Source: Pseudogymnoascus verrucosus (lineage: Eukaryota). Taken from it: a DNA stretch of 64,000 nt. The DNA is taken from the NCBI GenBank assembly GCA_001662655.1, contig KV460219.1, one strand, 5' to 3'. A program made the position numbers and the translations under genes. How positions within the stretch are numbered: the stretch's first letter is position 1; every line of letters begins with the position of its first letter. The notes beneath the pieces were generated by a model, which saw only the letters and a program-made list of their open reading frames with translations, did no database searches and was not told the origin of the DNA. This document shows positions 48,611 to 61,820 of this stretch, one piece after another.

Positions 48611-50836
48611 TCATACAATAGTAACTGTCGACTTTGTCCAAGCCTTTTCATACCGAGATAACGTACAATACATGCTTAAATATCCCACCCGCTCATAAAG
48701 CGGCATGTCGCCAGAGGCAGCCCGAAGAATTAATGCTCCATAGTGCGCATGTCTATTAAAATGGGGTGTATCCGTCTCCTCTGGGTCGGGAATCCTTTCT
48801 CCGGTATAGCCAATGGCCACTATCATGCGAACCAGGAAAAGAGTGAGAGACTCGGGTCTTATTTCTACGATCTCATCGGCTTTAGTCTCCTTCCAACCAC
48901 ATATGAATCTTTGGTTGGCCGTGTCGAAATATGCATCTGCCATATCGCCGCTATTTCCCTCGCTTGCAACATCAAAGATTGGGTGTCCAAAATACACATC
49001 ATGCTCGATATCGGCTTTGCTAATGTCCCCATCGATCTTTAGTAGTGGCCACGAGTATCCATTGAGCGTAATGTGACCGGATTCCACGCCCCCAAAAGGA
49101 TCCCTTCCGGCCATCTTCATATCCCAGCCAACAATTTCAGCATCATGCAATGTGCCACCCACATTGCGCTCACTATAACCAAGAGAAATTTCAGCATCCA
49201 GAGCCGCCCAGCTCCACGTCGGTGCCCGAAACTCTCGTGGCCGGCGAGAATTCTTGGGCTCTTCACAGCGCCATAACAATCCAACTCTCAAATCTCTCTC
49301 CCATAGACCAGCAACGTATTTATCACCCGTCAAATGGGCAAACTGCGCAGCGACCCCGGAAATGGCAGGGAGTTTGTCGCTTGCGACGGTTAAATTGCGC
49401 TTGCTGTATTGCTCGAGGATGCTATACCATGTGGAGCAGAACTCCATGTACTTGGATGGAGTAATGCCTGCTGCGGTTGAGTTTGGCGTCAACTTCTGGA
49501 TGTCTTGCGGACGGTTATGCCAGCGCCAGAACTGGTTTTCGTTGTATTTATCTGGCTCGTCGCCATCGGCGGCACAAAGAAGACCTCGGCATTCCCAGTA
49601 GAGCTGCCTCTTCCCGTAGTACAAGATGCGTTCTGACAGATACCGCTCCTGGAGTGCCCAACCACGCGTGGCAAGATGCGATTTGACAATTCCGTCTATC
49701 AGTTCGTCTTCATATTTCTCTTTTCGGCGTATGGAAACCGGCCTGTGAGAATCACCACTAGCATTTAATTTTAGAGAGTTGTGGAGAATGGGAACTGGTG
49801 GTTGTTCATAGACATGAATCAGATTCCCGTTGCTGCCAGTTGAGACTGCTGCGGCGATGGTGAGGGCCGAGTCCTTGTAGATGTCGCCCATTTTCACGGA
49901 GGCGGTCTCCCAGTCCGTTCGTGAGTCTTGCAGAATGCACAGTGAGTCAATCCAAAGATATCGATAACCAAGTTTTCGGGTAATGGTAACGGCATCTTGA
50001 AATGTATTTGGCATCGTCGTAAATTCGATGTGTTTTATCATTTGGGACAAGTTTTGCGTCGTGGTTTGGAGAACACCTGCTGGGTCTCCCCAGCTATGGC
50101 TGAGCGTCAAATAAACGCCTTGGGTGCCGCTTGTCTCTAGTAACTGGAGATCCTTGGAGACTTTTGAGTTCCCAACGTCAAGTACACGGTCGGGCAGAGT
50201 TGTGGGCTGGATTGGCACGCAGGTTTCCTGATGCTGTTCTTGACATGTAGAAAGCCAGCTCTTTGCTACGTTAAAGCTGGCGTCAGAACCCAAGTCAGGG
50301 GAAATATCATATCTTCCAATCCTGTAGCCACCGAATCGTAGATTTTCCTCTGTTGCAATTGTCAATGGCTGGATGGGACCACTATGAGCGCCTTAGGACT
50401 CACCACGAGGACAGGTAAGCTTGAATTCCACCACAAGGTCAAAACGCCCAACGCGGACAACCAACGTGTCCATACGCCTCTTTGACTCCACGGAAGCAAT
50501 ACGGGATGAAGTGATGCATACTTCTAATTGGGTGTTCCCAGAAACATCTTCGGGTTCCAGGGATTGGAGAACCTTTTCTACGCTGTCATAATCTCTCGTT
50601 TTTGCACCGTCTCCTTGTCTATAATGGTGCCTGGAAAGTTTGCAGGAAGCCCAGATCTCATTGCAGAATTCGCACCCATTTTTTGCTGAGGCGACTAGGT
50701 TTTTGTAAGATGAGTGATGGGGAAGCCAGGCGCCATCTGGAAGTCGATAGTAAGGCGCTGTACGTTTTGCATCACTGTCGATAAATAACCCCACAAGTTT
50801 TTCAACGGATAGTTGGTCGCATATCTCGCACAGCAT
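48611..50836 (-). CDS. HET-domain (heterokaryon incompatibility-type) protein, 2 exons
   Basis: N-terminal MLCEIC..HHSSYKNLVASAKNGCEFC. HET motifs LPDRVLDV, YLTLSHSWG, TFQDAVTITRKLGYRYLWIDSLCILQD, MGDIY and RGWALQE; also DKLPAISGVA and RAPTWSWAA. Confidence 0.93.
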
Positions 50837-51345
50837 GATGTTGACTATTATTCTGGAATTGGCGAAAAGGAATAGTGATCCCGAACAATTATACAAATGC
50901 TGATGGTTGAGTTACGATTTGTGGTTGGGGTTGAATAAAATGCTGCGCCACAGACATTAATCAAGATCACCAAGACACAGGATACTGAAATAAATCTGCC
51001 TTCCTGATTAAGCTTCGCCGACTTCCCAAATATTACAGAACTCGTGATTGTGTTTCTTTATTATTGCTTGTAACTATTACAGTGTGTTCTTCCTCATTAG
51101 CGACTGGTTTTGTTCTCCTCAAAGTAATTCGTAACCCCGGACCTAGAATAATATACTCCAGCCACAGAACTGTCTTAACCCCGCATCTGCCTAATAAGAA
51201 TGGGGAATAATTAGCCCGACTTCAACAACTAGTTCTTCGCCATAGTGGTACTTCCAAATTGAACACAATTCAAAACGATTTTAAACTCTCCGCATAACAA
51301 GAAATTACTACTCTTTTCAAGGATTTTCGCACATAGTGCGGTGCG

Positions 51346-53175
51346 ATGGGTATGTATTAGTAGAAGATCCGTAGCGGAAGCATACTGACAACTTTCTTTC
51401 AGGCTACTACGAGGTGGGAATTCTCCGCAAGCTTTCCATCCAATCTAAGTGATTTAATGGGAGCCCAGTGTTAATTTGGATGGCATGACTTAGATCTATT
51501 GCCAACTCTGCGGCGTGAGCTTTAATATCAACCGTATCAGGACCCGGGCTGAGCCAAGACATGCCGGCTGGTCTGATACGCAGTGTCCTAGAGACCAGTT
51601 GCGCTATCACCTGGGGTCCAAATATTTCAATTGTCCTACTGAGGGCAAGGAATGTTGTGTAGCTGTCGACCGCATGCATAGTCTGCCGGTTACTCTAGGC
51701 ACCCCCACAGTTAACCTCCCAGCGCCTCTTCAGTATGACACTGAATTTTTGCCACTGAGCGTACCCTATAAAATGGACCAAGACTATGAGGATTACGGTG
51801 GAGAGGCGGTAGATATGATTAAGCTTGGCCGCGAGGCGTATGAGCATATCGCCGGCCCAAGCTGTCGGCAACTTGATGGATATAACGGCCACAACATATC
51901 TGTCGAGGAGATGTTAGACTGTACGACTATGCAGTGTTTATATGCCAAACCTGAGAATTGGATACCAAATGCGGAAGATATGTACTTCGAAGGATATTCT
52001 AAGTACTACCTGAGCGGCTTATCAGACCATTCAAGCTCGGGAGGGTGGAAGCAGATGTTTGCTCCTATCCTCCATGGAAGAGTACAGGGAAGCATAGATA
52101 ACGACAACAATTCATGGATAGACGTAAGCTTTTATTCATGCAAGGCATGAGCGGTTTGTACTCCTTTTGTACAATTGCTAACATATATACCTTTCGGACA
52201 GAGGAGCTGCAGAGAGAGTCCGGTGTGGTATTCCACCCGGCATGCTTCGAACTCTATAGAATAGTTAGCGAGGATACCTTCGGAGCCGTCAATATGAACG
52301 GGTTAGTTCAGCTGCGAAACATCTGCTGTACGAGAAACAGAAATTTCTGCGACTGGGGGGATGACGTTGATCGCTGTAAAGAACAGTGCTGGCAGCACAT
52401 TCCTGGCACTGAGTATCTCGTTGCGAACCCTGTTTTCATTCCTGGCTTCAGAGATATATGTGAGAACGCTCTCCAAACCAACAAGGATTTTGACGTTCAA
52501 CAGAGTGCTTTCTCCCAAAGAGAGCGGCATCGAGAGCATTCGGTTTCCGCAGACCCGTTCCTCAAGCTACCTACGGAGATAGTTCAAAATGTTGTGAGCT
52601 TTCTTAATTCACAGGAAATCGCTTCTATGCGGCTTGCGTCTCATGCATTCGAGCACTTACCTATATCACTCTGGCATAGGCTCATTCTTGCGGAGATGCC
52701 CTTTATCTATGAGGCACGGCTTAAAGATGTTACGCCGTATACATGGGCTTCTCAAGACGTTAACATGCTGCAGAATCTCAGGAAAGAAGTAGAGGAGTGG
52801 CAATCGCAACGCCAGAGAAAGGCTAGAGACCTAGAGCATGATCCTGAATTGGAAGCCAAGTTTTTAGCTACGGAACCTGAAGTCCCTCCGTGGCATACCG
52901 AATCTAACCTTAAAAGGCTGAAAGAAAAGTCACTTAAGATAAAGAAAAGGCTGCAGCCGATTGCACTACCTCACGACAAAACCAATTGGTACCAGTTGTA
53001 CAGCGACATCATTCGCCATTGGAAGGATTTAAAGGGTCTGCAAAATCGTGAGAGGATATGGGAAACTGTTTACGACATCTGTGACGAAATTATCAATAAC
53101 GCAGTTGATGATATGATGAAGGATCAATATGCCGTACTCAGGCGGGATGAATCTGATGACATGGATGAGGCTTGA
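51346..53175 (+). CDS. F-box domain protein with Cys/His-rich N-terminus; begins with two micro-exons
   Basis: Exons ATGG (51346-51349), GCTACTACGAG (51403-51413) and from 51494 give MGYYEIYCQLCGVSFNINRIR. Motifs FHPACFELY and EYLVANP; F-box DPFLKLPTEIVQNVVSFLNSQEIASMRLAS; LKGLQNRERIW. Confidence 0.85.
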
Positions 53176-53318
53176 AGCAGAAAAATTAATTTAACTGGGC
53201 ATGACGGGTTAGGTTGCTGAATTAGATTTAATTTGTCACATTTTGGCGGAGGTTTCTACCACAAAGAGGCCAAACATTGGCATTAATCGGATTTCTCTGG
53301 TTCTCAACCAAAACAGCT

Positions 53319-55014
53319 CTAAAAACAGTTACTGAGATCTCTCAAAACATCAACAACCAGCTTGCTAAACATGCCGCTCAGTCTTGACCCCAAACGATCA
53401 TCAAATTCCACACCAAAACTCCCTTCCAAACAAGTTAACACAACCTTCTGATACTTCTCTCCAGTATAAAAAGCCAGCCTCCGTTTCGTATGCTTTAGTA
53501 ATCGGGCTTTTGTTGCTTCGGCGGTCTCAGCAATAGTGGTATTTGCTGGTGGGTTTACGAGTGCACCGCCATCGATTTGGGAGAGAGATTCCCAGAGACC
53601 GACTTCGAGCAGCATAGTCCCCAAAGCTACGAGCCGGTCAGTCTGGAATGAGAGTATTGGGTGGCGAGAAAAACATACCATAGATATCATGAATCTTGGA
53701 GAAGGTCTCGCTAGGCTGTCCCCACCGCTGGGGGTGCCGATATATATTTCGCTTGATATCATAATCTGGTCTCCCACTTGAAAAATCGGAATCGAGCCTG
53801 GAGTACTCAAAACCAAAGATCCTTGGCTGTTCTAGTATGGCTATTTCTGGAATTTCCGTGGGTTGGTCCGTCGCTGTTCCTGGGAGGAAAATGATGTTCT
53901 CACTGCGAAGGCTCTTGTGTACCCATCCCACCGAATGGAGGTGCCCCAATGATTCCGCCAATGCATAAGCTAACTTAATACGAGTTCCTAATGCAGGCTT
54001 CAGTTTTTTAGAAATGAGTTGGGTGTTTAGAGATGCCGGAACACTCTGTGGGGGGTATTCGAAGGCGAATCCGATGCGTTTTCCTGGAACGTCGTCGAAA
54101 AAATTGATGCAGCGAAGAACCCTGAATCGATCATTTTTTGTCTCGTGAAGCAATGCAACAAGTTGCAGTATCCTTCTAGAAACGATCTCATTTATGCTCC
54201 CGGTTCGATCCTGCTCATAGCTTTTATACTCGACAATCACCCCTCCTTTCCCAGTAATTTGCCCAACTTCTAATTCCTGGAATTTTATTGTCTCCTTGAA
54301 TTCGAGCCGCGAAATCTTTAGAGTTTTTGCCGTCTCAACTGGGATTTGAGATGATCCTGGTGCAAGCAATTTCCTCATTCCAATCCCTTCTAGCATTCCG
54401 GCCTGACCTGCATCTTTATCCTCCTCGAGTTTCTCCATTTGTGAGACGGTCGAGAAGAACGGCAAGGGCCACCATGCTAGTTCCAACAGTGATTTCACTC
54501 GTTCAGTCCACGTTTCAAACTCAGCCACAAGATCCTCGGCGCTCTTCTTGTCACTCATAACCCACCTAGCTTTCTTCGTCCAGCTAGTACCCTTGGATAA
54601 CTTCGCGTCTCCTGCTTTCCCAATACCCAACATGACAGACTTCCTCTCGTCAACCTCCAAGGCATCTATGCCCCCTGTCAACCAATCGTCGCCGCTCGCG
54701 TCTAAAGCATACCGTTTCTGCACGGCATAATACTTCTGCAACAACTCATATAGCTGCCTCAATAGATCTACAAAATTCTCGCGCACATTCTCCGGCAACT
54801 GATCGAATAATCTTCCCTGCACAAGAGGAAACTTATTTGCTTCAAATAGCACCCGTTCGAAGGCATCGAGACGTGTTATCTGTACAGAGAACCTCAGGCG
54901 GAATCGCTCAGCATCGGCGCCGAAGTTTTTGGTGTCAGACCAGAGTGTGGCGATGGCTTCCGCGGTGGGTTTGATGACTGCGATAACGCCGATGGCGAGG
55001 CCGGCGACTTCCAT
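53319..55014 (-). CDS. HeLo (prion-inhibition and propagation)-like domain fused to a protein-kinase-like (pseudokinase) domain, 2 exons
   Basis: N-terminal MEVAGLAIGVIAVI..NFGADAERFRLRFSVQITRL resembles HET-S HeLo; KKARWVMSDKK. Kinase-like motifs LHSVGWVHKSLRSENIIF, IFGFEYSR, YRHP and HDIY|ALGTMLLEVGLW. Confidence 0.88.
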
Positions 55015-55690
55015 GTTCAACGAGGGAAGGGAGGTTGCAAGGGAATGGAGAGTAATGAGGAAGTGAAGCAGGTTGCCTTGGGACTTCAGCCGTCTGTGTT
55101 GACGGTCACGTGCCATGCCAGGGGCGCACTTAATATCACGTGAATTGCCAGAGGGGGTTTGCTTTCTGGTATGTACGACGAGGGCGCCAAACGAGTTAAA
55201 GATTTTCTCGTAATTATTTAGGGAAAAGACTGTGGAAGTGTTCATACATATAATTTTCTGTATAATTAGGAATTTATGTTTACATCCTATGACTCTTTTT
55301 CCTATTATACATTATTTTGTTCTTCAAACGCTAATATTTGAATGCTAGTTTCTCTGATTCTCATATTTATATACCAGTTTCTCAGATGCGACGAACAGTC
55401 TTTGGCATACTACTGCGCGTCACTGCCAGAGAATTCGGATTATGCACAAAGGGCATTATGAGACACCTATCCGGATTCTCAACTATTTAGTAAACTAAAT
55501 TATTTACTTACTTACTTCCATTTCATCCCAGCGAACCAGAGGACAATAGGGGAGGTGGCAGCTGTCGGAAGGGAACGTTTTCACAGCATGCGCTCTGAAC
55601 ACTTCGAGTCCGTGGATTCGGTAATACGACGCAAATTTTGACTATTTGGTTATATTTATTTATTCTTATTACAAAGTATATAAAGTCCAC

Positions 55691-58600
55691 TCAATCCTTC
55701 TTTCCCTTTGAAGAACTCCCCTCCGAAGCCGTATTATTAACACTAGTATCTGACACTGAAACCGTGAACGAAAAATCTGTCTCGCCGACTAAATCTTTCA
55801 CATGCTCAATCAGCCTTGCTAGGTCATCCGTAATCAAACTACTCGCGACTTGAAGGCAAGCATATGCACTATAACCGGGCTCTTCTATATGTCGCATACT
55901 CAAAATACCGGTATCTAGGGCCTCCAAGCGCCTGTTCAAGTAGTAAGGTGGTGGTAGTTGGATGTAAGGGGGCAGGGTGGAGCCTTGTATGATGGATGCA
56001 GAGAGGAGGGAAAGCGTTGATGTGATTTGGTGGCTAGTTGGACCCACGTCCTCGATCAGGACACTTAGATCATTGAGCCAAGCCCTTTGTGTAGCGGTTT
56101 CCGGTTTGGTAGGTATGGAGCCTTCCTCCCTCGACCAGGTTTGAGTCGCATAGGAAATAAGAGAGAGGTAGTTCATGATGCTATTGTTTATTTAAATTAG
56201 CGTTCTGGTGCTGCCTGTGGGAGCGAAATATCTCGAACTAGGATACAAAAACTGCAAGACTTACTTTGTAGACCTGAGGATAATGGCTTCGTATGTCTCC
56301 CTAGGAAATTTACCTCCCACCGCCGGCTCCCACTTCTGCCACTCTGCATGCTGTTTTAAAGAAGGCAAAATCATCATGAGCTTGCCAAAAATCTTGTGGC
56401 GAGCTTTCTGTAACTGTCGATGAGGAGACGTCTTCGATCTCATGTCTCCTTCCGTATTGTTTAGTCGGACTCTAGTCGTTGAATTAACAACGCTGTAGTA
56501 ATTTGCGAGCAGGTAAAGCATGGAGCCGAGATCCTTTCGAAGCAAACTGCGGTCCGTGAGTTGGTACGGAAAAATTGTCCAAATAAACGCCACGAAAGAT
56601 CCTCCTGCTACACAAGCTAACCGATAAAAGGCGAGTTGGTAGGTGCTATGTGTGTGTTAGTTGCGTACGTAACTACCAAAATGGGGGTACTAACGGATAG
56701 TAAGTCTGGCCACTTGCAGATGCCGCTTTAATACCAATCTTCTTGACTTGAAGCTCATATCCTAGAAGTTCGGTCAGTCATCCGCACATTCATACTCCGG
56801 GGCAGGAAGTGGTACCAATTATCAAAACCTGTGTTACAATGGCAACTAGCCAGATTGGAACGAAGCGAGGGAATTTCAAGAAAAAATACATCTCGAGGAA
56901 TATGAATAACCAAAGGAAGACGAGTACTCCGGGCGTTTTTTCGCCAACAATATACCAGATGACAAGTGAAGAGATAGCCGCGATAAAAGTCCCTGCGATT
57001 CGTCCCAAAAAGCCAAAAATCGCTTGGCCGGAAGTCATGTTCATACCGATGGCAATAATAATCATAGCCCACACTAAACGTTGCTTGATAAAGAAGAGTT
57101 GCGTATCCTTTAAGAAAGCGACGATACCCACAGTTAAAGTAGCACAGGCTACACGGAATCCAAATGCAGACTCTGGTGACCCCAAAAACCTAGGAATTGT
57201 CCGAAGCGCATTGCCAAAATGCTGCCAGGCAGTCTGTGGCGGAAGATGTTCAGGGTCCTTACGTTTGTTGAAACCAGAGCCCATATATATGTTGCTCATG
57301 CCAGATTCAGTTGAATCCGGATAGTCAGCGTCGACGGTCGCGTCTTCGTGGCCCAGTCCCATGATCCATTTCTTAAGTCGACGTCGACCTGGGACGATCA
57401 GTCGATTCTTTTTCATTGCGCCATCTTCGACCTTCTTGTCTGCAAACTTAACGAAATTTAATATTGCTATACCGGTGGAGTAGAGCTGGGTTCTGTTAGT
57501 ACAGCGAATAATAATCTCAAGCCTATCGCAAAACAGTCTGCTCCAAGAGAAGGCAGCGGCAATAGACACATGATACACATGAATTAGAAAACACGTACCA
57601 GGTGTTCCATATATAGCATCAGATATAGCTGTTGTTGGTCTCGGCGGTGTTGGGCCTCATCCGGGGTGAGATTATTGCTGTCGCCGGGGGCGCTCTTTGC
57701 GTTGTCAAATTCGTCTTCAGACAAGCCCTTCTGTCGCGCCCATGCCTTTAAAGTTTCTCCTCGCTTACTGTGAAAGTCTACTACCTTCTGATTTAGGAAG
57801 CTAGTGAACTCCAAATCACCAGGCCTTGGATCGGTGCCGTTCTCCTCTACATCACCTTCCTTCTTCTTCTTCGGCTTGGGCAGAATCTCTAAAACAAGAC
57901 CAGCATGCTCCATTCCCTCATCCATGGCTGCTACGGCTATAGCAAATGGCTCGTGTAAGGCTTTCATGACTTCGTTCCAGACTTTCTTCTCTTCCGACTT
58001 AGACGCTTCGTCAAGATGTTCCCAGGACTCAGCGCGATCGAAACTGTTTTCATGAGGTTCAACCCATCCACGCCTCTCGGCAATCCGTTCGAATATATCT
58101 GTGATAGTGCTCATACCTATGAGAGGAATTAAGATACCACGAAATAATGTGAATATCTCATCCAAATCCTTGGCATCTAATTTTCCCCACGCATACTCTC
58201 TCTTCGCAAATGGCATGTCGCCGTACAATTTCCCATGCAAACCGGTTAGTGCTCCGATAGCACCTTTCAAATCCCTGGCTTGGGTTGTCTCCGCGGGACT
58301 AGATTTAGATTTGTCTTGATTTTTCCCTTTCTTTCTGTCATCAGTTTTCGGATCTGTCGCAGTCTCTGTTGTAGCAAACATATCGCTACTTTCCAAGCTC
58401 TGTATGTAGGCCGTTTGTGCCTATTGGAGAAGTTAGTGCCATTGATCCTGAATTAAAAGGGCCGGGGGCAGCAAAATGTGCCCCACAAATGGTTAAAAAC
58501 ACATGGAAACACCCACCTTCAGAACGCCTCTGATCGCCTGGACATATGCTGCCTGTCCCTTTTGCACTACTGCCCGAGAAGATACCGGAATGATGAACAG

Positions 58601-59399
58601 AGAAACGCCCGTTGAAATAGCAAAGGCGGCTAAGAACGCTATCAGAAGTTGTCGTATGAGAGCCTCGCCCTGTTCTATCGTCTGAAGATTGGGTCCGAAC
58701 GTGAATGCCACATTTGTGAAAATACTGTACATAATAGCCGGAAACTGCAAAGCCGGTATCTTCGCCCGCAAAGCGTTCACAAGGTAGATGTTCGCAAATA
58801 GCCATATGGCACAAACGGCTGCCTGACTTGAGTTGTATCTAGCTGTAGAGCCAGGTGGGGTTGTATGCACCCTAGCCTGTACTCCACTCCAAATACCCAA
58901 CAACGCCACAGCGCTTCCAAGGCAAATGCCAATGGTGTTGAGAATTAACGTTTGTATGTACTTAGCGCGAGGCATAATAGAAATCGAGAGTACAGTGATA
59001 ACAGGGACGAGGTAGCCTAAAGTGGTGAATATCCTTGCGATGTCGAGGGATTCATACCAGGCGACTGCTATGATGGGAGCGAGAGATCCTCTATTATAGT
59101 TTTAACCTCATGCAATCCCGCAATATGCCAATGGAGTATACCCACTTGAACATCATCATCAGAGTCCCTATATCGAGATCTATCTTTGCCCATATCCTCT
59201 TGAGTTTAGACGGTTTGGGTTCCTCCTCATCTTTTGTCCCATCGTTTTCGGCCTTTGCGTCTTTGGACTTCGATGCCTCGGCAGGCTTGTCCCTTACGTC
59301 ATTCTGCCCATCCTCAGTATCCTTTTCGGCATCTTCTGCTGGCAGTTCCCTGTTGTCCACCGGCTCCGGCCTATCTTCCACAGCGGCTGACATCTTCAT
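55691..59399 (-). CDS. Bre4-like membrane transporter (ER transporter 6TM N-terminal / FUSC-like / ArAE family), multi-exon
   Basis: LDIGTLMMMFK, MPRAKYIQTLILN, RYNSSQAAVCAIWLF, FAKREYAWGKL, DPEHLPP, SAFGFRVACAT, QRLVWAMIII, WEPAVGGKFPRETY and EPGYSAYACLQVAS. Confidence 0.88.
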
Positions 59400-60064
59400 A
59401 GGTCCATCAGTCGCTCAATTGATTTTCGACTGGTATATTTACGTCGTTTGGAAATATGGTGAAGCAATATGTAAACTAAGACATCGAGACCAAAATTACG
59501 CACTATACTGGTAAACGGTAGCGCGTAAACATTGTTCCGGCTTAATAAGGTTATTTTGCCCCACCCTAAGGTGATCTTTCAGGGGTACGGGGTTAGGGGT
59601 GAGTATAATCCATGACCGTTGTCCGCGATGCCGTTCGCTTAGTATTCGGACACCGCCGGTGTGTGTCTGTATACTGGAACTCGTTGAACCCTTACCAAAA
59701 CCTGCGTTGGCCAGGAGTGCTACAGACCAAACCAGGTACAGTGCCTCTGCGCTCTCACTGAAAGAGCAGGACGCCGGCATAGATTGTAGGCGTAAAAGCA
59801 GGATGGGTAAATCTGGTGATATGGCTGGCTTTTTGTACCCTGTGCATGATTGGAAACAATAAAGCGCAATGGTGGTTGCGAATTCACGATCGTTAACCAA
59901 ATAGGCTATAAACACATTCTCAACTTCGACCAGTACTCGGTGGCACAACGTTAGCAACGTTCACAATGCCGTCGACTATTCCGCTCAGCTTGCTAGGCTC
60001 CGGACCTCCGAACTCACAATCACGCCTGCCACCACCTTGTTTTTTCCCCCAATTCACACCCACC

Positions 60065-60961
60065 ATGACTTCCATATCTCCACCCTCCCGTCCGAAGTCA
60101 CTCCCTCCTCCCTCTTTTATCCCAACCAACTACACCATCCCCCTCCAGCCTCACCCTTCACATCTAGCCCACGTTTCACTCCCTACCCCAGGATACCATC
60201 ATCCTCCAACACGGCTTCGGCGAATACGCAGAACGCTACGTTACATGGCACCATACTCTGATCCCTGCGTTGCCTGACCACGGCTTTCATGTTTAGGTGC
60301 TGGGTCTAAGGGGGCATGGGGAGTCAGGTGGGGAGAGGGGCGTGGCGGATGTGGAGAAAGCGGCGGGGGAGGCGCTGCGGCTGCGGCTGCTGGGGGATGT
60401 GGAAGGAGCTGGAGCCGCCGGAGGGACAGGTAACACATTTCTGATTGTGCATTCGATGGGGGGTTTGGTGGCGATAGGGAGTGTGGCTGCGGATTCAACT
60501 GGTATAACGGGGGTGGTGCTGCTTAGCCCGGTTATTCCGTAGCCGGTAGCATGGTTGGGCATGCTGGCTGGTACCGCAGCGAGATTGGTGCCGGGGTGGA
60601 CTGTGCCGGGGCTTGGGGTCGGAGAGGGTGGAATGACGAAGGACGAAGGGAAGAGGAGGGGGATGGAGGGAGATAGGCGGACTGTAAGGAAGGGGTGTCG
60701 TTTTTGACGGCCGCGAGTGCTGCAAGGGTGGCAGAACGGGCGAGGGCGTGGTTGGAGGGGTGGAGGGTCCCGACGTTGGCGTTGCATGGAACGACCAATG
60801 TGTGGGCTTATGTGGCGGGGAATAGGGGGTTGATGGAGGGGATGGGGTCAGTGGATAAGGAGCTAGTAGAAGAGAAGGAGGGTTGGCATGAGTTACTTAA
60901 TGATCTGGATCGGGATGGGTTATTGACGCGAATACCCAGATGGCTGGACGATCATGTATGA
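60065..60961 (+). pseudogene. Disrupted alpha/beta-hydrolase (monoacylglycerol lipase/lysophospholipase, Hydrolase_4-type)
   Basis: Motifs IILQHGFGEYAERY, LRGHGES, HSMGG, PTLALHGT and GWHELLND. In-frame TAG stops at 60165, 60294 and 60540 and a frameshift near 60690. The start is uncertain. Confidence 0.85.
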
Positions 60962-61121
60962 AGGAGGATATATGGGAATGTTCCTCTCAGAGACCTTGTT
61001 GCTTAACTATATACATCCATTGTCAGGCTGCATTGTACTAATACCCGCCCTACTTGCTAACTGCATATCAAAAAAGCTGTACGAAAACGATCGATCTCAT
61101 CCTATACCTCAACTTCGGTAT

Positions 61122-61820
61122 TTAACAAACTGGGTAGGCGGGGTTGCTGCTAGTAACTCCATTACCATAGATAACTTGGTCTCCCGGATTCGCAAACACG
61201 GTCTGTTGCCACTCCACTGTTGCGCAGCCGTTGTTGACATTTGCCACAAAGATGTTAGGCCGAGCACTGAACTTGGCAGCATCGCCTGCGTTGTTGATGA
61301 CTTCAACATTTGCGCAGTTCATGTACATCTCACGGTTTCCAGTGAGGTTGAACCATGTCCATGCCAGGAGGGCCCGGCCATTAGGTGCTTCCGACGGGAT
61401 GACGAAGTCATATTTCGAAGTCAGAGGGCAGCCACCGAGCATTGACTTGATGACTTTGAAGGTGGCTCCATTGTCGTAGCTAAGGGATATCTGACATGAC
61501 CCGCCATTATGAGTAGCGGTTCCCGTAAGGGACATCTCATAGGTGCTTCCAGCGGAGTAGAATGCAGTTGCACGGAAGTTGTCGGTTTGGTATCCTTTGC
61601 AGGGGAAGTTTGAGCCTAGATAATGTTAACTGGTTACATTTAAAGGTATAGTATACGTACCATCTGCGAGGAGGGGCGAAGTCATAGAGTAGTCGATATG
61701 GGACCAGTCATTGGCAGGGTCAAATCTACTGCGAAGAGGATATGGCCAGTTTAGCTCCATGTGGGCCATTGCAGGGCCAACTGCAAGGAGAGCAGTAACG
61801 ATAGGAAGATAGCTAAGCAT
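61122..61820 (-). CDS. Secreted lytic polysaccharide monooxygenase, AA11-like, single domain, 2 exons
   Basis: Signal peptide ending AMA then His1 (HMELNWPYP); FPCKGY; second His in [20 protein letters not shown]; axial Tyr in NREMYMNCA. Confidence 0.9.

Noticed and set aside
55015..55245. 77-codon in-frame extension upstream of the HeLo-kinase
   Set aside because: HeLo domains begin at the hydrophobic helix, and MEVAGLAIG at 55014 has a good start context, so the extension is probably non-coding.
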